The position numbers and the translations under genes were made by a program. Shown in pieces: positions 24,990-26,047 of a stretch of DNA of 26,047 nucleotides. Location of the stretch: contig JBBQEB010000039.1 of NCBI GenBank assembly GCA_038320275.1, positions 1 to 26,047 on the forward strand. The letters run 5' to 3'. This DNA is from Myxococcales bacterium (GTDB lineage Bacteria > Myxococcota > Myxococcia > Myxococcales > Anaeromyxobacteraceae). Below the pieces are notes generated by a model. That model had not been told where the DNA came from, ran no database searches, and was given only the letters and a program-made list of their open reading frames with translations. The number at the start of each line of letters is the position of its first letter. Positions within the stretch are counted from its first letter, which is position 1.

Positions 24990-25004
24990 CCGCCTGCCCC
25001 TCCC

Positions 25005-26047
25005 GTGCGCATCGGCATCGACGCCACCCTCGTCCGGCCCGACCGGCTCACCGGCATCGAGCGCTATGCGCTGTCCCTCACGGCGGCGCTGGCGCGGCGC
25101 GCCGCCGGGGACCTCGTCCTCTTCACCCGCTCCAACGCCCCGGCGGCCCTCCGCGCGCTGCCGGTCGAGCAGCATGCCTCCCCGTTTCACCATCGGTTCG
25201 GAATGGAGCAGGCGTGGTTGCCGCTCGCCGCCGCGCGGGCGCGCGTCGACCTCCTGCACACCCTCGCCTTTCCCACCCCGCTCGCCTGGCGCGGGCCGGC
25301 AGTCGTCACCGTCCACGACGCCACGCCCTGGCTGCACCCGGACACCATCTCGCTCGGCATGCGGTACTACTACGGACCCCTGTACCGCCAGGCGCTGCGT
25401 CGGGCGTCGGGCATCCTCACGGTCTCGTCCGCCGCCCGCGAGGACCTCGTCGCGACCCTGGGCGTCGCGCGCGAGTTCGTGCACGTCACGCCGAACGGGA
25501 TCGGCGAGGGCTTCTTCTCGGCGCGACCGTCTCAGCCGCCTCCACCTCCCTACCTGCTCGCGGTGGGGACCCTCGAGCCGCGCAAGAACCTGCCCGTCCT
25601 CATCGAGGCGTTCGCCCAGTTGCGGGCCCAGGGCCGGGACCTTCAGCTCCTGCTGGTGGGGCGCCAGGGCTGGGCCGACGCCCTTCCCCTCGGCGCCATG
25701 GCCCCGCACGTCCGGCTCACCGGCTCCATCCCGGACGACGAGCTGGCGCGGCTGTACGCGGGCGCCGCCTGCTTCATCCTCCCCTCCATCTACGAGGGGT
25801 TCGGACTCTGCCTGGCCGAGGCCATGGCGAGCGGAGCACCGGCGGTCGCGAGCGACATCGCAGCCCTGCGCGAGCTGGGCGGAGATACCGTGCGCTACGC
25901 GCCTCCCGGCGACGCCCGAGCCTTTCGCGACGCCATCGCCGCCGCGCTCGACCGCCGCGAGGAGTCCAAGGCGCTCGTCGCCCGGGCCAGGGAGCGGGCG
26001 CGCCGGTTCACCTGGGACGGGTGCGCCGAGGCCACCCTCCAGGTCTA
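25005..26047 (+). CDS. GT4 glycosyltransferase (MtfB/WbpY-like); 3' end runs off the window
   Basis: Absent from the ORF track because it has no stop in the window. From GTG 25005: MRIGIDATLVRPDRLTGIERYA..VVTVHD..VGTLEPRKNL..FILPSIYEGFGLCLAEAMASGAPAVASD..FTWDGCAEATLQV. Confidence 0.92.
   Translation, partial: MRIGIDATLVRPDRLTGIERYALSLTAALARRAAGDLVLFTRSNAPAALRALPVEQHASPFHHRFGMEQAWLPLAAARARVDLLHTLAFPTPLAWRGPAVVTVHDATPWLHPDTISLGMRYYYGPLYRQALRRASGILTVSSAAREDLVATLGVAREFVHVTPNGIGEGFFSARPSQPPPPPYLLAVGTLEPRKNLPVLIEAFAQLRAQGRDLQLLLVGRQGWADALPLGAMAPHVRLTGSIPDDELARLYAGAACFILPSIYEGFGLCLAEAMASGAPAVASDIAALRELGGDTVRYAPPGDARAFRDAIAAALDRREESKALVARARERARRFTWDGCAEATLQV

Noticed and set aside
1..26047. Invertible-segment or mobile-element explanation for the strand switching
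   Set aside because: No recombinase, integrase or transposase and no long inverted repeats seen at the block junctions by eye.

Overview
Very GC-rich bacterial DNA (roughly 72-76% by eye). Composition and an intergenic (GTCGnn)n tract suggest a myxobacterium such as Anaeromyxobacter, but that is an inference. The whole window is one cell-surface glycan biosynthesis locus with about 18 genes, two of them truncated by the window edges, arranged in 8 blocks of alternating orientation. The left half (1-15601) encodes cytoplasmic backbone-building and capping enzymes: a glucose-1-phosphate thymidylyltransferase, a Zn-ribbon methyltransferase, a methyltransferase/coiled-coil/38-aa-repeat/GT2 fusion, a GT4/WbsX(GH99-like)/methyltransferase fusion, two more WsaE-like double-GT2 proteins and a WsaF-like GT4. 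A large GT-C-like membrane protein sits among them. The right half (15718-26047) encodes lipid-donor and extracytoplasmic decoration machinery: two paralogous DUF2142 GT-C proteins, a GacI/GacJ-like polyprenyl-phosphate glycosyltransferase plus DUF2304 pair, a decaprenyl-phosphate phosphoribosyltransferase (UbiA family), a Wzy/WaaL-like protein, a Wzx-like flippase, a GT2 and a GT4. The most interesting reading is a Gram-positive-style dual-chain system (methyl-capped, probably rhamnose-rich backbone plus side chains added from polyprenyl-phosphate sugars, possibly including a pentofuranose) in a probable diderm. No RNA genes, CRISPR arrays or mobile-element genes were seen. Family assignments come from motif recognition by eye, not from database searches.
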